A stretch of 34,538 bases of DNA from Armatimonadota bacterium (GCA_039680575.1 JBDKSP010000004.1:1-34538), one strand, 5' to 3'. Positions 10,190-19,604 are shown, counted from the first letter of the stretch. Translations and numbers: made by a program. Notes: generated from the letters alone by a model not told the origin.

Positions 10190-10533
10190 GAACCGCGGAG
10201 GCACGGAATAGACAGAGACGCGGAAAAGGGATTGGTGCATGTCGATAGAAAAGCGAACCGAAGCATAGGAAATCTGCCCCTTCTCCCCTTGCGGGAGAAG
10301 GTCGGGATGAGGGGCATTCCCTGTTTGTTATTTCGGGACGCCCTCGTCCCGAAATCCACCCTTAACGTCATGCTGAACTTGATTCAGCATCCAGGAAAAC
10401 TTATCGAATTAGTGGAGAATCGTGCTTCGGGACGAAAAACGATCCCGAAGCATAGGAGCTTATTGGATTAGCGGAGGTTTGTAGGTTTTGTGATAGATGC
10501 TGTAAATCTCTACCTTCCGCGTCTCCGCGGTTC
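10190..10533. repeat. composite nested palindromic-repeat cluster bounded by 19-bp imperfect inverted repeats
   Basis: GAACCGCGGAGGCACGGAA (10190-10208) versus TTCCGCGTCTCCGCGGTTC (10515-10533); internal hairpins at 10279-10314, 10330-10355, 10364-10399 and 10423-10452. Confidence 0.8.
10364..10399 (+). repeat. CGTC-tagged REP-like palindrome, copy 1
   Basis: AACGTCATGCTGAACTTGATTCAGCATCCAGGAAAA; 34/36 identical to the reverse complement of 31247-31282. Confidence 0.85.
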
Positions 10534-10561
10534 AAAAGCGGATAGCTAAAGGATTAGCTAA

Positions 10562-11221
10562 ATGACGAATAATGAACTGGTGGAAATGGTGATCAGGCTG
10601 CTCTTGGCGGTTGTACTCGGCGGGCTGATCGGGCTGGAGCGGGAGGCTCATGGCAGGCCTGCGGGGCTCCGCACACATATTCTTGTCTCTCTTGGGGCGG
10701 CGCTATTTACGATAATCTCGCAGTCGTATACGGGGGCAAGATCCGACCCAAGCCGGATTGCAAGCCAGATCGTAAGCGGGATAGGCTTCCTGGGAGCCGG
10801 GACGATAATCCGGCAGGGGAGTATCATCCGCGGCCTGACGACAGCCGCAAGCCTTTGGACAACAGCCGCCATCGGGATGGCCGTAGGCGCTGGCGGTTCA
10901 CTTATCTATCTTGCGATCGTTTCGAGCGTCATCGTATTTCTGACCTTGAGCATAATAAGCCGCCTCGAGAACACGATGATCAGCAGGCAGAGCACAAGAG
11001 ATCTGATCGTTGTTCTTTCGCATGGCAGAGCCGGTGTAATGAGCGTGCTGGAGGTCTTCAGCAGGTACGGAGTAACGGTCACAGGAGTCCGAAGTGAGGA
11101 AACGGAATCCGGGATTGTCGAAACCCGGTTCAGCGTGAGGCTTCCTGCGGGGACCGATATATCAGCCATCAACCCTGATCTTGTCGCGCTTTCCGAGATC
11201 AGATCGTTTGCCTGGGAATAA
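10562..11221 (+). CDS. MgtC/SapB family membrane protein with ACT-like C-terminus
   Basis: IGLERE..GRPAGLRTH, RIASQIVSGIGFLGAG and GLTTAA motifs. Confidence 0.95.
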   Translation: MTNNELVEMVIRLLLAVVLGGLIGLEREAHGRPAGLRTHILVSLGAALFTIISQSYTGARSDPSRIASQIVSGIGFLGAGTIIRQGSIIRGLTTAASLWTTAAIGMAVGAGGSLIYLAIVSSVIVFLTLSIISRLENTMISRQSTRDLIVVLSHGRAGVMSVLEVFSRYGVTVTGVRSEETESGIVETRFSVRLPAGTDISAINPDLVALSEIRSFAWE

Positions 11222-11266
11222 GAAAACGCAATCGAATGCAGCATACCAAACGTATATAGAAGTAAT

Positions 11267-11761
11267 ATGAAACTCTGCTACTCGACTGTTGAAACGCCTT
11301 TCGGCTGGCTGCTGGCGGTCGGAAGGGACGGTAAATTAATCAAAATCGATCTCCCAAGGCCGACCAGGGAGGCAGCCCAGGCAGGAGCGCCGGCTGGGGC
11401 GGTCGAATCTTCTGATGGGTTTGGCGACCTCATCGAACGGCTGCGTCTTTATTTCAATGGAGAAGCAGTCGATTTTTCCGATGTTCCGGTCGAGTTCGAT
11501 GCGCTCGGGGAGTTCGAAGAGAAAGTGCTTCTGGAAGCGATGAAGACACCGTTCGGCAGGATTATCAGTTACAAAGACCTTGCGGCTCTTGCCGGATCGC
11601 CGCGCGCCGCGCGAGCTGTCGGAAACGCGATGAGAAAGAACCCTCTGCCGATTGTAGTGCCGTGCCACCGGGTGGTACACAGCGACGGCAGCCTGGGAGG
11701 CTACATGGGAGGGCTCGATCTCAAGCGCAAGCTCCTGGATTTGGAGGGAATTACGTTATGA
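11267..11761 (+). CDS. ogt: methylated-DNA--protein-cysteine S-methyltransferase
   Basis: ARAVGNA and active-site PCHRV motifs. Confidence 0.95.
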   Translation: MKLCYSTVETPFGWLLAVGRDGKLIKIDLPRPTREAAQAGAPAGAVESSDGFGDLIERLRLYFNGEAVDFSDVPVEFDALGEFEEKVLLEAMKTPFGRIISYKDLAALAGSPRAARAVGNAMRKNPLPIVVPCHRVVHSDGSLGGYMGGLDLKRKLLDLEGITL

Positions 11762-12126
11762 GCTTTATCATCCGCTGGTTGGTTGGAGTGCTGGCCGCAT
11801 GGCTTACGGTCCAGGTCGGTCAGATGATTGGTGTCGGGCTGAGCTGGGGCGGGTTTGGAAAGGCGCTTCTCTTTGTCCTGGTGCTGGGCATTGTGAACGC
11901 AATCATCCGTCCGATAGTCAAGCTCTTTACCCTGCCGCTCACCTGTCTCACATTCGGATTATTCGCATTCGTGGTGAATGCGCTTTTCTTCTGGCTCGCG
12001 GCGGTAATAACCGGAGGAGTCGAGGTCAGGGATTTCCTGGCTGCGCTTTTCGGCTCGGTGGTTCTCAGTGTATTGAGCGGCATAATCAATAGTTTTGTGA
12101 AGCTGAGGCCCAATAGACGGGCCTGA
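11758..12126 (+). CDS. YvlD/DUF360 four-TM membrane protein (phage holin family label)
   Basis: LGIVNAIIRPIVKLFTLPLTCLTFGLF. The true start is ATG 11758, with a GGAGGG SD and ATGA overlap with ogt, not 11662. Confidence 0.9.
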   Translation: MSFIIRWLVGVLAAWLTVQVGQMIGVGLSWGGFGKALLFVLVLGIVNAIIRPIVKLFTLPLTCLTFGLFAFVVNALFFWLAAVITGGVEVRDFLAALFGSVVLSVLSGIINSFVKLRPNRRA

Positions 12127-12145
12127 AGATAGTGAGGAATGTAAG

Positions 12146-13033
12146 TTGCATAAACCGCACAAACAGCTTGTCGTAGTGACCGGAATGTCCGGAGCTGGAA
12201 AAACACTCGCCATACGGACATTCGAGGATCTCAATTATTTTTGTATAGATAACCTGCCGCCGGACCTCCTGGCGAACCTGGTCAATCTGTGGAAGGAATC
12301 GGGAGCGCGGTCCGAGGACCTGGCGATAGTCGTCGATGTCCGCACAGGCCAGTTTTTCGGCGATTTTCTTCAGGCTTATAAAGAGCTGGCAATCGCACAC
12401 GTTGAAGGTTACGGTAAGGCAAAGATACTTTTCCTGGACGCATCCGACCCGATGCTGATCCGGCGCTTCAAGGAGACCCGGAGGAAGCACCCATTGGTGA
12501 ACGAAAACCGGGGCATCCTTGAAAGCATAAAAGAAGAGCGGAGGCTTCTCGCGGACATCAAAGAGCAGGCTGATAAGATCGTCGATACCTCCAACCTTGA
12601 GCCGGAGAGCCTGCGCCGTGAGATCCGCCAGTATTTCGGCTCCAAGAACGCGGGCGATGGTATGGTAATAACGGTCGCTTCTTTCGGATACAAGCATGGT
12701 ATACCGCTGGATGCCGATCTGGTGTTCGATGTGCGGTTTCTTGCCAACCCATACTGGGTGGAACGCCTGTCCGGGCTTGATGGGACGCATGAAGAAGTGC
12801 GCCATTACGTCCTCTCCGATCCTATGACAGAACCTCTCATGGAGCGTCTCTGCGGATTGGTAGAGTTCTCCATCCCGCAGTACGAACAGGAGGGGAAGGC
12901 TTATCTGACCATTGCCATCGGTTGTACCGGCGGCAGGCACAGGTCGGTTGTCATTGCCAATGAACTCGCGAATTACCTGGCTGCCAGAGGGTCGAACGTT
13001 GTCGTAGAACACAGAGATTGTCCGAAAGGCTGA
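12146..13033 (+). CDS. rapZ: RapZ/YvcJ P-loop nucleotide-binding protein
   Basis: GMSGAGKT, DNLPP, SFGYKHG, DVRFLANPY and GCTGGRHRSV motifs. Confidence 0.97.
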   Translation: MHKPHKQLVVVTGMSGAGKTLAIRTFEDLNYFCIDNLPPDLLANLVNLWKESGARSEDLAIVVDVRTGQFFGDFLQAYKELAIAHVEGYGKAKILFLDASDPMLIRRFKETRRKHPLVNENRGILESIKEERRLLADIKEQADKIVDTSNLEPESLRREIRQYFGSKNAGDGMVITVASFGYKHGIPLDADLVFDVRFLANPYWVERLSGLDGTHEEVRHYVLSDPMTEPLMERLCGLVEFSIPQYEQEGKAYLTIAIGCTGGRHRSVVIANELANYLAARGSNVVVEHRDCPKG

Positions 13034-13036
13034 CAG

Positions 13037-14332
13037 ATGAAAGGCTTTTGGAGCTCGTTTAAGTGGTTATATCCGGGGATGAAGGTCAAGCGCTGGCTGA
13101 TGCTGGTGCCTGTCGGCGCGTTTGCGATAGTCGTTGGAGTCGCGCTCCTGGCTAATGTCGCCGTCTTCGATTACCTCCAACTTATAGCCCACTTCTGCAT
13201 GGTGCGGTTCGGAATAGACCTGGAACAGCCTGTAACGCTCATTACCGTCAGCACCGGCTTGATGGCCTTCGGCCTGGCGCTTATATTTGTGGCGATCAGG
13301 CAGGTGATCCGCTCCATTATCAGCGTGGTGGACCCGGCCGCGCAGGATAAGCTCGCTGATGTCATCTTCCAGAAGCGCTACCTCGCGCAGGGGAACAGAA
13401 TAGTCGTTATAGGCGGTGGGACCGGCCTCTCCACGATGCTTAGAGGTTTGAAGCAGTATTCCAGCAACATCGTAGCCGTAGTGACCGTGACTGACGACGG
13501 GGGAAGCTCCGGTGTTCTCCACAGAGAGCTTGGAATGCTGCCTCCTGGCGATATTCGGAACTGTCTTGTCGCCCTGGCCGATGAAGAACCGCTCATGACG
13601 GAGCTCTTCCAATACCGCTTCGACAGCGGAAACAGTTGGCTGCAGGGTCATTCCTTCGGTAATTTGCTTATCGCTGCCATGACGAACATCACCGGGGATT
13701 TCGAACGGGCTGTCAAAGAAACAAGTAACATTCTGGCCATCCGCGGACGGGTGCTCCCTTCGACGATAGATGATGTTTCGCTCCATGCCGAGCTGGAAGA
13801 CGGCACTTTGGCTGATGGGGAGACGAACATCGTCACATCCGGGCAGCCAATCAAGCATATTTTCCTTACTCCGGCTGAGGTCAAGCCTCTCGAAGAGACG
13901 ATACAGGCGATAAAGCTGGCTGATGCCATCGTGATCGGTCCCGGCAGCGTCTACACGAGCATTATCCCGAACCTTTTGGTTAAAGGAATAGCCGACGCGA
14001 TAGCCGAATCGAATGCTGTAAAAGTCTATGTGTGCAATGTGATGACCCAGCCGGGAGAAACGGATGGGTTTACGGCATCCGAACACGTCTGTGCGCTGGA
14101 AAAACACGTAGACAGAAAAATATTCAACTACGTCCTGGTCAACCGGCAGGTACCGCATCTTGAACTGCTTGAAAAATACCGGGAAAAAAGCGCGGAACTC
14201 GTTTTACCGGATGTAGACAAGATCCGTGAGATGGGTTATCGGGCGGTTGTCGGCGACTTTATGAGCCAGACGGAAGTCGTCCGCCACGACCCGCAGCAGC
14301 TCGCCGATGCGATAATACGGTTGATGTATTAG
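13037..14332 (+). CDS. yvcK: YvcK/GlmR family protein with N-terminal TM extension
   Basis: GGGTGLS, DDGGSSG, PPGDIRNC, GHSFGNL and GPGSVYTS motifs; follows rapZ. Confidence 0.95.
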   Translation: MKGFWSSFKWLYPGMKVKRWLMLVPVGAFAIVVGVALLANVAVFDYLQLIAHFCMVRFGIDLEQPVTLITVSTGLMAFGLALIFVAIRQVIRSIISVVDPAAQDKLADVIFQKRYLAQGNRIVVIGGGTGLSTMLRGLKQYSSNIVAVVTVTDDGGSSGVLHRELGMLPPGDIRNCLVALADEEPLMTELFQYRFDSGNSWLQGHSFGNLLIAAMTNITGDFERAVKETSNILAIRGRVLPSTIDDVSLHAELEDGTLADGETNIVTSGQPIKHIFLTPAEVKPLEETIQAIKLADAIVIGPGSVYTSIIPNLLVKGIADAIAESNAVKVYVCNVMTQPGETDGFTASEHVCALEKHVDRKIFNYVLVNRQVPHLELLEKYREKSAELVLPDVDKIREMGYRAVVGDFMSQTEVVRHDPQQLADAIIRLMY

Positions 14333-14369
14333 CAGCGAAAAAAGGGGCATGGATGCCCTGGAGAAAAGA

Positions 14370-14398
14370 GACCTGGACATGGATTCTCAGGTCCATCG
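14370..14398. repeat. CATGGAT-loop palindromic repeat, copy 2
   Basis: GACC-TGGA-CATGGAT-TCTCA-GGTCCATCG; preceded by the related GGGCATGGATGCCC at 14345-14358. Confidence 0.7.
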
Positions 14399-14429
14399 AT
14401 ATTCAGAATTTAGGGATTGGTGGGAATTT

Positions 14430-15029
14430 GTGATCTCGCGTAAATTGATACTGGCTTCGGCGTCGCCCAGGCGGCGGGAGCTGCTTTCGCTTATATGCCC
14501 GGACTTCGAAGTATTACCGTCCGAGTTTGACGAATCGAATATGCCTTCTGATCTTCCACCTATGGATCATGTTGTCATGTCGGCAAAAGAAAAAGCTATG
14601 GATGTGGCGGCGAAAGTGACGGATGGGATCGTTATAGGGTCGGACACAGTAGTCTCTATCGATGAACACATTCTTGGGAAACCTCAGGATGAGCGCGACG
14701 CAGCACGCATGCTTCGCATGCTCTCCGGCAGGACTCATCAGGTCTATACGGGGATACACGTCATAGATGTCCGGCGGAATGAGCGGAGGGAGAGAAGCGG
14801 CTTCGAGTGCACGGATGTCTGTTTTCGAGAGCTTACCGATGGGATGATCGAACGTTACATCGCAACAGGTGAGCCGATGGACAAGGCCGGGGCGTATGCG
14901 ATACAGGGGCGTGGTTCGGTGCTTATAAAAGGTATATCAGGCTGCTATTTCAATGTGGTAGGCCTGCCGGTCTATAAGCTCGGGCTGATTCTGGAGGAGT
15001 CCGGATTGGAGGCGCTTACCTGCAGATGA
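14430..15029 (+). CDS. maf: Maf family nucleotide pyrophosphatase
   Basis: LILASASPRRRELL, GSDTVV, LSGRTH and DKAGAYAIQG motifs. GTG 14430 is preferred because the upstream extension is repeat-derived. Confidence 0.93.
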   Translation: MISRKLILASASPRRRELLSLICPDFEVLPSEFDESNMPSDLPPMDHVVMSAKEKAMDVAAKVTDGIVIGSDTVVSIDEHILGKPQDERDAARMLRMLSGRTHQVYTGIHVIDVRRNERRERSGFECTDVCFRELTDGMIERYIATGEPMDKAGAYAIQGRGSVLIKGISGCYFNVVGLPVYKLGLILEESGLEALTCR

Positions 15030-15448
15030 AAATAGCTGTTATCGATGGTATGGGCGGTGGAATAGGCGCGCAGATCGTGTCCCGGCTCCGGCAGATAGTC
15101 GCGGGCTCACACCAGTTGATCGCGCTCGGCACGAATGCGGCAGCTACGACAGGGATGATAAAGGCTGGTGCGGACATCGGCGCGACCGGAGAGAATGCTA
15201 TAATTGTGACTGTTCCACGAATGGATGTCATCGTGGGGCCGATAGGAATAATCATACCGAACTCACTTATGGGTGAGGTCACGCCGGCAGTTGCCGCGAC
15301 GGTAGCATCATCCGGGGCGGTCAAAGTGCTGATACCGGTACAGCAGCCGCATGTAGAGATCATCGGGTTCGAGTCCAGACCGCTCTCAGCAGCGCTGGAC
15401 GATGTAGCAGCAAGGGTTTCGGAACTTGTGTGCAGTATATCAAACTGA
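15026..15448 (+). CDS. DUF3842 family protein
   Basis: MKIAVIDGMGGGIG, ALGTNAAAT, GATGENA and GEVTP motifs. Confidence 0.85.
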   Translation: MKIAVIDGMGGGIGAQIVSRLRQIVAGSHQLIALGTNAAATTGMIKAGADIGATGENAIIVTVPRMDVIVGPIGIIIPNSLMGEVTPAVAATVASSGAVKVLIPVQQPHVEIIGFESRPLSAALDDVAARVSELVCSISN

Positions 15449-15454
15449 TATAAT
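15426..15454 (+). promoter_or_regulatory. sigma70-type promoter for the TPR-nadK-recN-steAB operon
   Basis: TTGTGT (15426-15431), 17-nt spacer, TATAAT (15449-15454), with an extended -10 TG. Confidence 0.6.
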
Positions 15455-15518
15455 GTCGAAGATATTAGGATCTGGTCGAGCTTGATTTACCCAGCCGGCC
15501 GAGAGAGGAGAGTTTGCA

Positions 15519-17009
15519 ATGATTATACAGAAACGGGCGTGCGGATTCGCCATACTTCTGGTTCTGGCACTCATCGCTCCAGCCGTGGCGGCTCCGTCGG
15601 ACGCCAACTTCAAGAAAGGTATCGAGTATTATAAGAGCGGTAATAATGCCGCTGCGATTGCTGAGCTTGAAAAGACAGTGCAGGCTGATCCTAAGAACGC
15701 GCCTGCACTGAGCTGGTTGGGCTACCTGCTGCTCAAGGAGCAGCGTGCCGCCGATGCTGTGACCTACCTTCAGTCTGCTTCGGAATTGTCTCCGAAAGAC
15801 CCTGAAGTATGGAACAACCTTGGAACTGCATATTACACCATCGGTGAAAATGGAAAAGCCGTAGAGGCATACACTCAGGTAGTCAAGCTGAGACCATCTT
15901 CGCCTGATTCCATCTATAACCTCGCAAATGCCCAGCTCAAACTGAACAATCTGGCGGAGGCTGAGAAGCAGTTCCGAAATGCAGCGGCTCTGAAGCCGAA
16001 AGATGTGAATATTCTGAACAACCTGGGGCTGACACTCCAGCGGCAGAACAAGCTCGATGAGGCGATTGCCACTTTCAAAACGGCTATCGATATAGAACCC
16101 GATAATGCCACACTGCTTCTGAATCTCGGTACAGCTCTCAAGTCCAGCGGAGACAAAGCCGGCGCTGTGCAGTCATTCGAGCACCTGGTCAAACTGAACA
16201 AGAACCTGTATTACGCGCACATAGCGCTGGGTGAGCTTATCTCCTCGGATGAGACCAAGACCGATTCCGCTATCGAGCACTACAGGCAGGCTGCTAAACT
16301 GCAGCCTGGTGAGTTCGCGCCGAACTACAACCTGGGCGTGCTGCTTGCAAAACAGGGTAAACACAAAGCTGCTATCGAAGCGTATAATGCCGCACTGCAG
16401 GTAAAACCGACCGATATCGAGACTATAACCAACATCGGATGGTCTCTCTACAAGACCGGCCGTACCGCGGACGCAATCAAGCAGCTCAAAGTCGCCATAG
16501 ATCAGGACCCATCTTTTCTGACTGCGCGGAAACGCCTTGCGATGGTTTATACGTATGAGAAAGATGCCACATCAAACGAGACCTTGAAACAGAGCTATGT
16601 GGACAGCGGTATCGCCGAGTGGCGCGAGATAGTCAAGCTGGACGAAGAGGATATAGCTGCCAGAGTCAATCTTGCCAACTTCTACCTGGACGCGAAAGAT
16701 GCTGAGAATGCTCAGGAGCAGTATCAGAAGGCAATCGAGCTGGATGCCGACAACTCGCCGGCACAGCTTGGTCTGGGGCTCTCCATGGTAGAACTGAATA
16801 AGATCGATGATGCCATAGCGCAGTTCAGAAGTCTGGTAAAGTCGAATCCCAAACTCCCGGCGGCGTATAACAATCTGGGTGTCGCACTGGAGAAAAAAGG
16901 GCTTGCAGAGGAGGCGAAAGCGCAATACAAGAAGGCTCTTGAGCTCGATCCGGGATATTCCGACGCCAAGTTCAATCTTGACCGGCTTGCGAACGTCCCT
17001 AAACGTTGA
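15519..17009 (+). CDS. exported multi-TPR protein
   Basis: Signal peptide (AVA|A) followed by ~12-13 TPR repeats (NNLG..., A...Y..AL..DP); GGAGAG SD. Confidence 0.92.
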   Translation: MIIQKRACGFAILLVLALIAPAVAAPSDANFKKGIEYYKSGNNAAAIAELEKTVQADPKNAPALSWLGYLLLKEQRAADAVTYLQSASELSPKDPEVWNNLGTAYYTIGENGKAVEAYTQVVKLRPSSPDSIYNLANAQLKLNNLAEAEKQFRNAAALKPKDVNILNNLGLTLQRQNKLDEAIATFKTAIDIEPDNATLLLNLGTALKSSGDKAGAVQSFEHLVKLNKNLYYAHIALGELISSDETKTDSAIEHYRQAAKLQPGEFAPNYNLGVLLAKQGKHKAAIEAYNAALQVKPTDIETITNIGWSLYKTGRTADAIKQLKVAIDQDPSFLTARKRLAMVYTYEKDATSNETLKQSYVDSGIAEWREIVKLDEEDIAARVNLANFYLDAKDAENAQEQYQKAIELDADNSPAQLGLGLSMVELNKIDDAIAQFRSLVKSNPKLPAAYNNLGVALEKKGLAEEAKAQYKKALELDPGYSDAKFNLDRLANVPKR

Positions 17010-17035
17010 GCTGTGACGAGTAGATTGCGCGAAAC

Positions 17036-17908
17036 TTGAAAACCATAGGTCTTGTCGCCAACCCACAGAAGCCGGAAGCTCTGCGCCTTGCAGCAGAGCT
17101 AGCCGAATGGCTTGCGGACAGGCACGTCAAAACACTCATCGAACCTAAACCGGCTGAGTTGATAGGCCGCACGGATATTGCCGCGGATACCGATATCGTC
17201 TACGAATCGGATATGGTGGTTGTACTCGGCGGCGACGGCACGTTACTCCAAGCCGCGCGTCTGGCGGGGCCGAAAGGCACTCCCGTACTCGGCGTGCATT
17301 TGGGTAAGTATGGCTTTATCACTGAAATTCATCCGCCGGACGTAAAATCTGCCCTTGAACGAGTGCTAGAGGGCGATTTTCGGATCAGTGAGCGGCTGAT
17401 GCTTTCCGCGGACCTGATCAGGGGTGGAAAAACAGTCTTCTCGGCTTCGGCACTCAACGACATAGTGGTGTCCAAGGGACCACTCGCAAGGCTCCTCAAC
17501 CTGCGGCTCTTCGCCAACGAAAGATCAATCGCAACTTACGCCGCAGACGGGATCATAGTTGCCAGCCCTACAGGATCGACGGCCTATTCACTCTCGGCGG
17601 GCGGACCTGTGGTCAATCCCAAAGTGAAGGTGATGATAATCACGCCGATATGTCCTCACACGCTGAACGCCCGGTCGCTTGTCGTCCCGGACGACGAAAC
17701 GGTGCAGATAGTCGGGGAGTGTGAGTCGGACGGCGAGGACGCTATGATGCTTACAGTGGACGGACAAGTCGGCTGCAAGATGGAACGGCGGGACAAGGTG
17801 GACATCAGGCGAGCCGGCTTTTGTGCAAGGATCGTTTACTGGAACAGTATGAGTTTCTACGACAAGCTTCAGCAAAGGCTGAAATGGGGAGAACGCTTCA
17901 GCTCATAA
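17036..17908 (+). CDS. nadK: NAD kinase
   Basis: GGDGTLL, ND and SPTGSTAYSLSAGGP motifs. Confidence 0.98.
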   Translation: MKTIGLVANPQKPEALRLAAELAEWLADRHVKTLIEPKPAELIGRTDIAADTDIVYESDMVVVLGGDGTLLQAARLAGPKGTPVLGVHLGKYGFITEIHPPDVKSALERVLEGDFRISERLMLSADLIRGGKTVFSASALNDIVVSKGPLARLLNLRLFANERSIATYAADGIIVASPTGSTAYSLSAGGPVVNPKVKVMIITPICPHTLNARSLVVPDDETVQIVGECESDGEDAMMLTVDGQVGCKMERRDKVDIRRAGFCARIVYWNSMSFYDKLQQRLKWGERFSS

Positions 17909-17933
17909 TCAGTCGCCGTCCACGATATAAGCT

Positions 17934-19604
17934 ATGCTTACACAGATCCAGATAAAAAATTTCGCGCTTATCGATGACCTGAGCATCCGGCTCGGAAAAG
18001 GGTTCAACGTGCTCACGGGCGAGACCGGCGCGGGTAAGTCCATAATCATCGATGCGATCACGACGATACTCGGAGAGCGGGTATCGTCCGATTTTATACG
18101 TACCGGGACTGACCGCGCGCTTGTGGAAGTCGAGTTCGACCTGACGGAGAGTCCGAAAGCGCTGGAAAAAGCTGCCGAGCTCGGGTTCGACGTGGACGAA
18201 GGATTACTTTTGATCTCCCGCGAACTGGCTTCCGGCGGTAAATCGCAGAGCCGGATCAACGGCAGGCTTTCGACCCTCTCGATGCTGAAAGAGGTCACTT
18301 CCGGGCTGGTAGATGTTCACGGACAGCACGAGCACCAGACGCTTCTTTCCGTCGATAGCCACCTGGAAATCCTTGACCAGTGGTGCGGCGAAAAAACGAT
18401 AGAGCTCAAGGCAAAGGTTGCGGACCTCTATTCCGAAGTTAACGGGCTCAGGTCCGAACTTGAAAGATTAAGGCGGGACGAACGTGAACGCGCCAGGATG
18501 CTCGATCTTTACGAATTTCAGAAATCCGAGATCGAGGCTGCGGACCTCTCTCCGGGTGAGGACGAAGAGCTTGCAGCCGAGCGAATCCGTCTGGCGAACG
18601 CAGAGAAGCTGCGCGAGCTGGCTTCCGAGGCGCACGCGGCCATAAGCGGCGCCGGACTGGAAAACGGCGCTACGGATATGCTTTCGAGCGCCCTTGTCCA
18701 GCTTCAATCGATGGACGCGCTGGATGAATCGATTTCACCTGCGCTGCAGGACCTTGAGACGGCGCTTTACGCGGCTGAACAGGCACAGGCCGCGATACGC
18801 AACTACCGAGACGATATAGAGTTCAACCCGGAGAGGCTGGAAGCCGTCGAAGAGCGGCTCGCTCTTATCAGGACGCTGAAACGCAAGTACGGCGACTCCA
18901 TCGAAGAGATCATAGCCTACGGCCAGGAGGTCGCAGGCAAGATGGACGACCTTACTCACAGCGATGAGCGTACAGCGGAGCTGAAAGAGTCCATAGAACA
19001 CGTCGAAGATGAATTGATGGGTGTTGCGCGGTGTCTCTCGGACCAGCGAAAAGCCGGAGCGGCGAAGTTTGCGAAAGCCGTAGAATCGGAACTGGCTGAC
19101 CTTGCGATGGCGGGGACGAAATTCGATGTATCCTTTGCCGAGAGCGCACCTGGGCCGAGAGGGATAGACCAGTTGGAGTTTGTAATATCCCCGAATCCCG
19201 GCGAGCCGCTGAAACCGCTTACGAAAATAGCATCCGGCGGAGAAATTTCGAGGGTAATGCTCGCGCTCAAGACTGTAATGGCCGGAGCTGATAGGGTACC
19301 GACCCTTATCTTCGACGAGGTGGACACCGGAATAGGCGGACTTACGGCTCAGATACTCGGCCAGAAGCTAGCAGCGGTCGCAAAAACCGCCCAGGTGATG
19401 TGCGTGACCCATCTGGCGCAGATCGCAAGCCGGGCCGATTGCCACCTTTCGGTCGAAAAATTGGTCGAAGAAGACCGGACGGTTGTCCGGGTGCATCCGG
19501 TCGAGAGAGAAGCCCGAGTGCAGGAGCTTGCCCGGATGATCGGCGGTACGGAGGACTCGAAGACCGCGCTGGAGCACGCTCGGGAGATGCTGAAGGGGAG
19601 TTAG
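17934..19604 (+). CDS. recN: DNA repair protein RecN
   Basis: TGETGAGKS Walker A, HGQHEHQ, SGGEISR and FDEVDTG motifs. Confidence 0.99.
   Translation: MLTQIQIKNFALIDDLSIRLGKGFNVLTGETGAGKSIIIDAITTILGERVSSDFIRTGTDRALVEVEFDLTESPKALEKAAELGFDVDEGLLLISRELASGGKSQSRINGRLSTLSMLKEVTSGLVDVHGQHEHQTLLSVDSHLEILDQWCGEKTIELKAKVADLYSEVNGLRSELERLRRDERERARMLDLYEFQKSEIEAADLSPGEDEELAAERIRLANAEKLRELASEAHAAISGAGLENGATDMLSSALVQLQSMDALDESISPALQDLETALYAAEQAQAAIRNYRDDIEFNPERLEAVEERLALIRTLKRKYGDSIEEIIAYGQEVAGKMDDLTHSDERTAELKESIEHVEDELMGVARCLSDQRKAGAAKFAKAVESELADLAMAGTKFDVSFAESAPGPRGIDQLEFVISPNPGEPLKPLTKIASGGEISRVMLALKTVMAGADRVPTLIFDEVDTGIGGLTAQILGQKLAAVAKTAQVMCVTHLAQIASRADCHLSVEKLVEEDRTVVRVHPVEREARVQELARMIGGTEDSKTALEHAREMLKGS

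Noticed and set aside
10232..10471. 79-aa + strand ORF and 87-aa - strand ORF (10108-10371) in the proS-mgtC spacer
   Set aside because: Both are translations of palindromic repeats and show no protein-like motif. An MgtL/MgtP-style leader peptide cannot be supported.
11662..12126. Holin as evidence of a prophage, and the 154-aa long version of the ORF
   Set aside because: YvlD-family genes are routine chromosomal neighbours of rapZ, and no phage genes are present. The extension overlaps ogt.
14349..14429. N-terminal extension of Maf
   Set aside because: It is encoded by CATGGAT palindromic repeats; Maf homology starts at about 14430.
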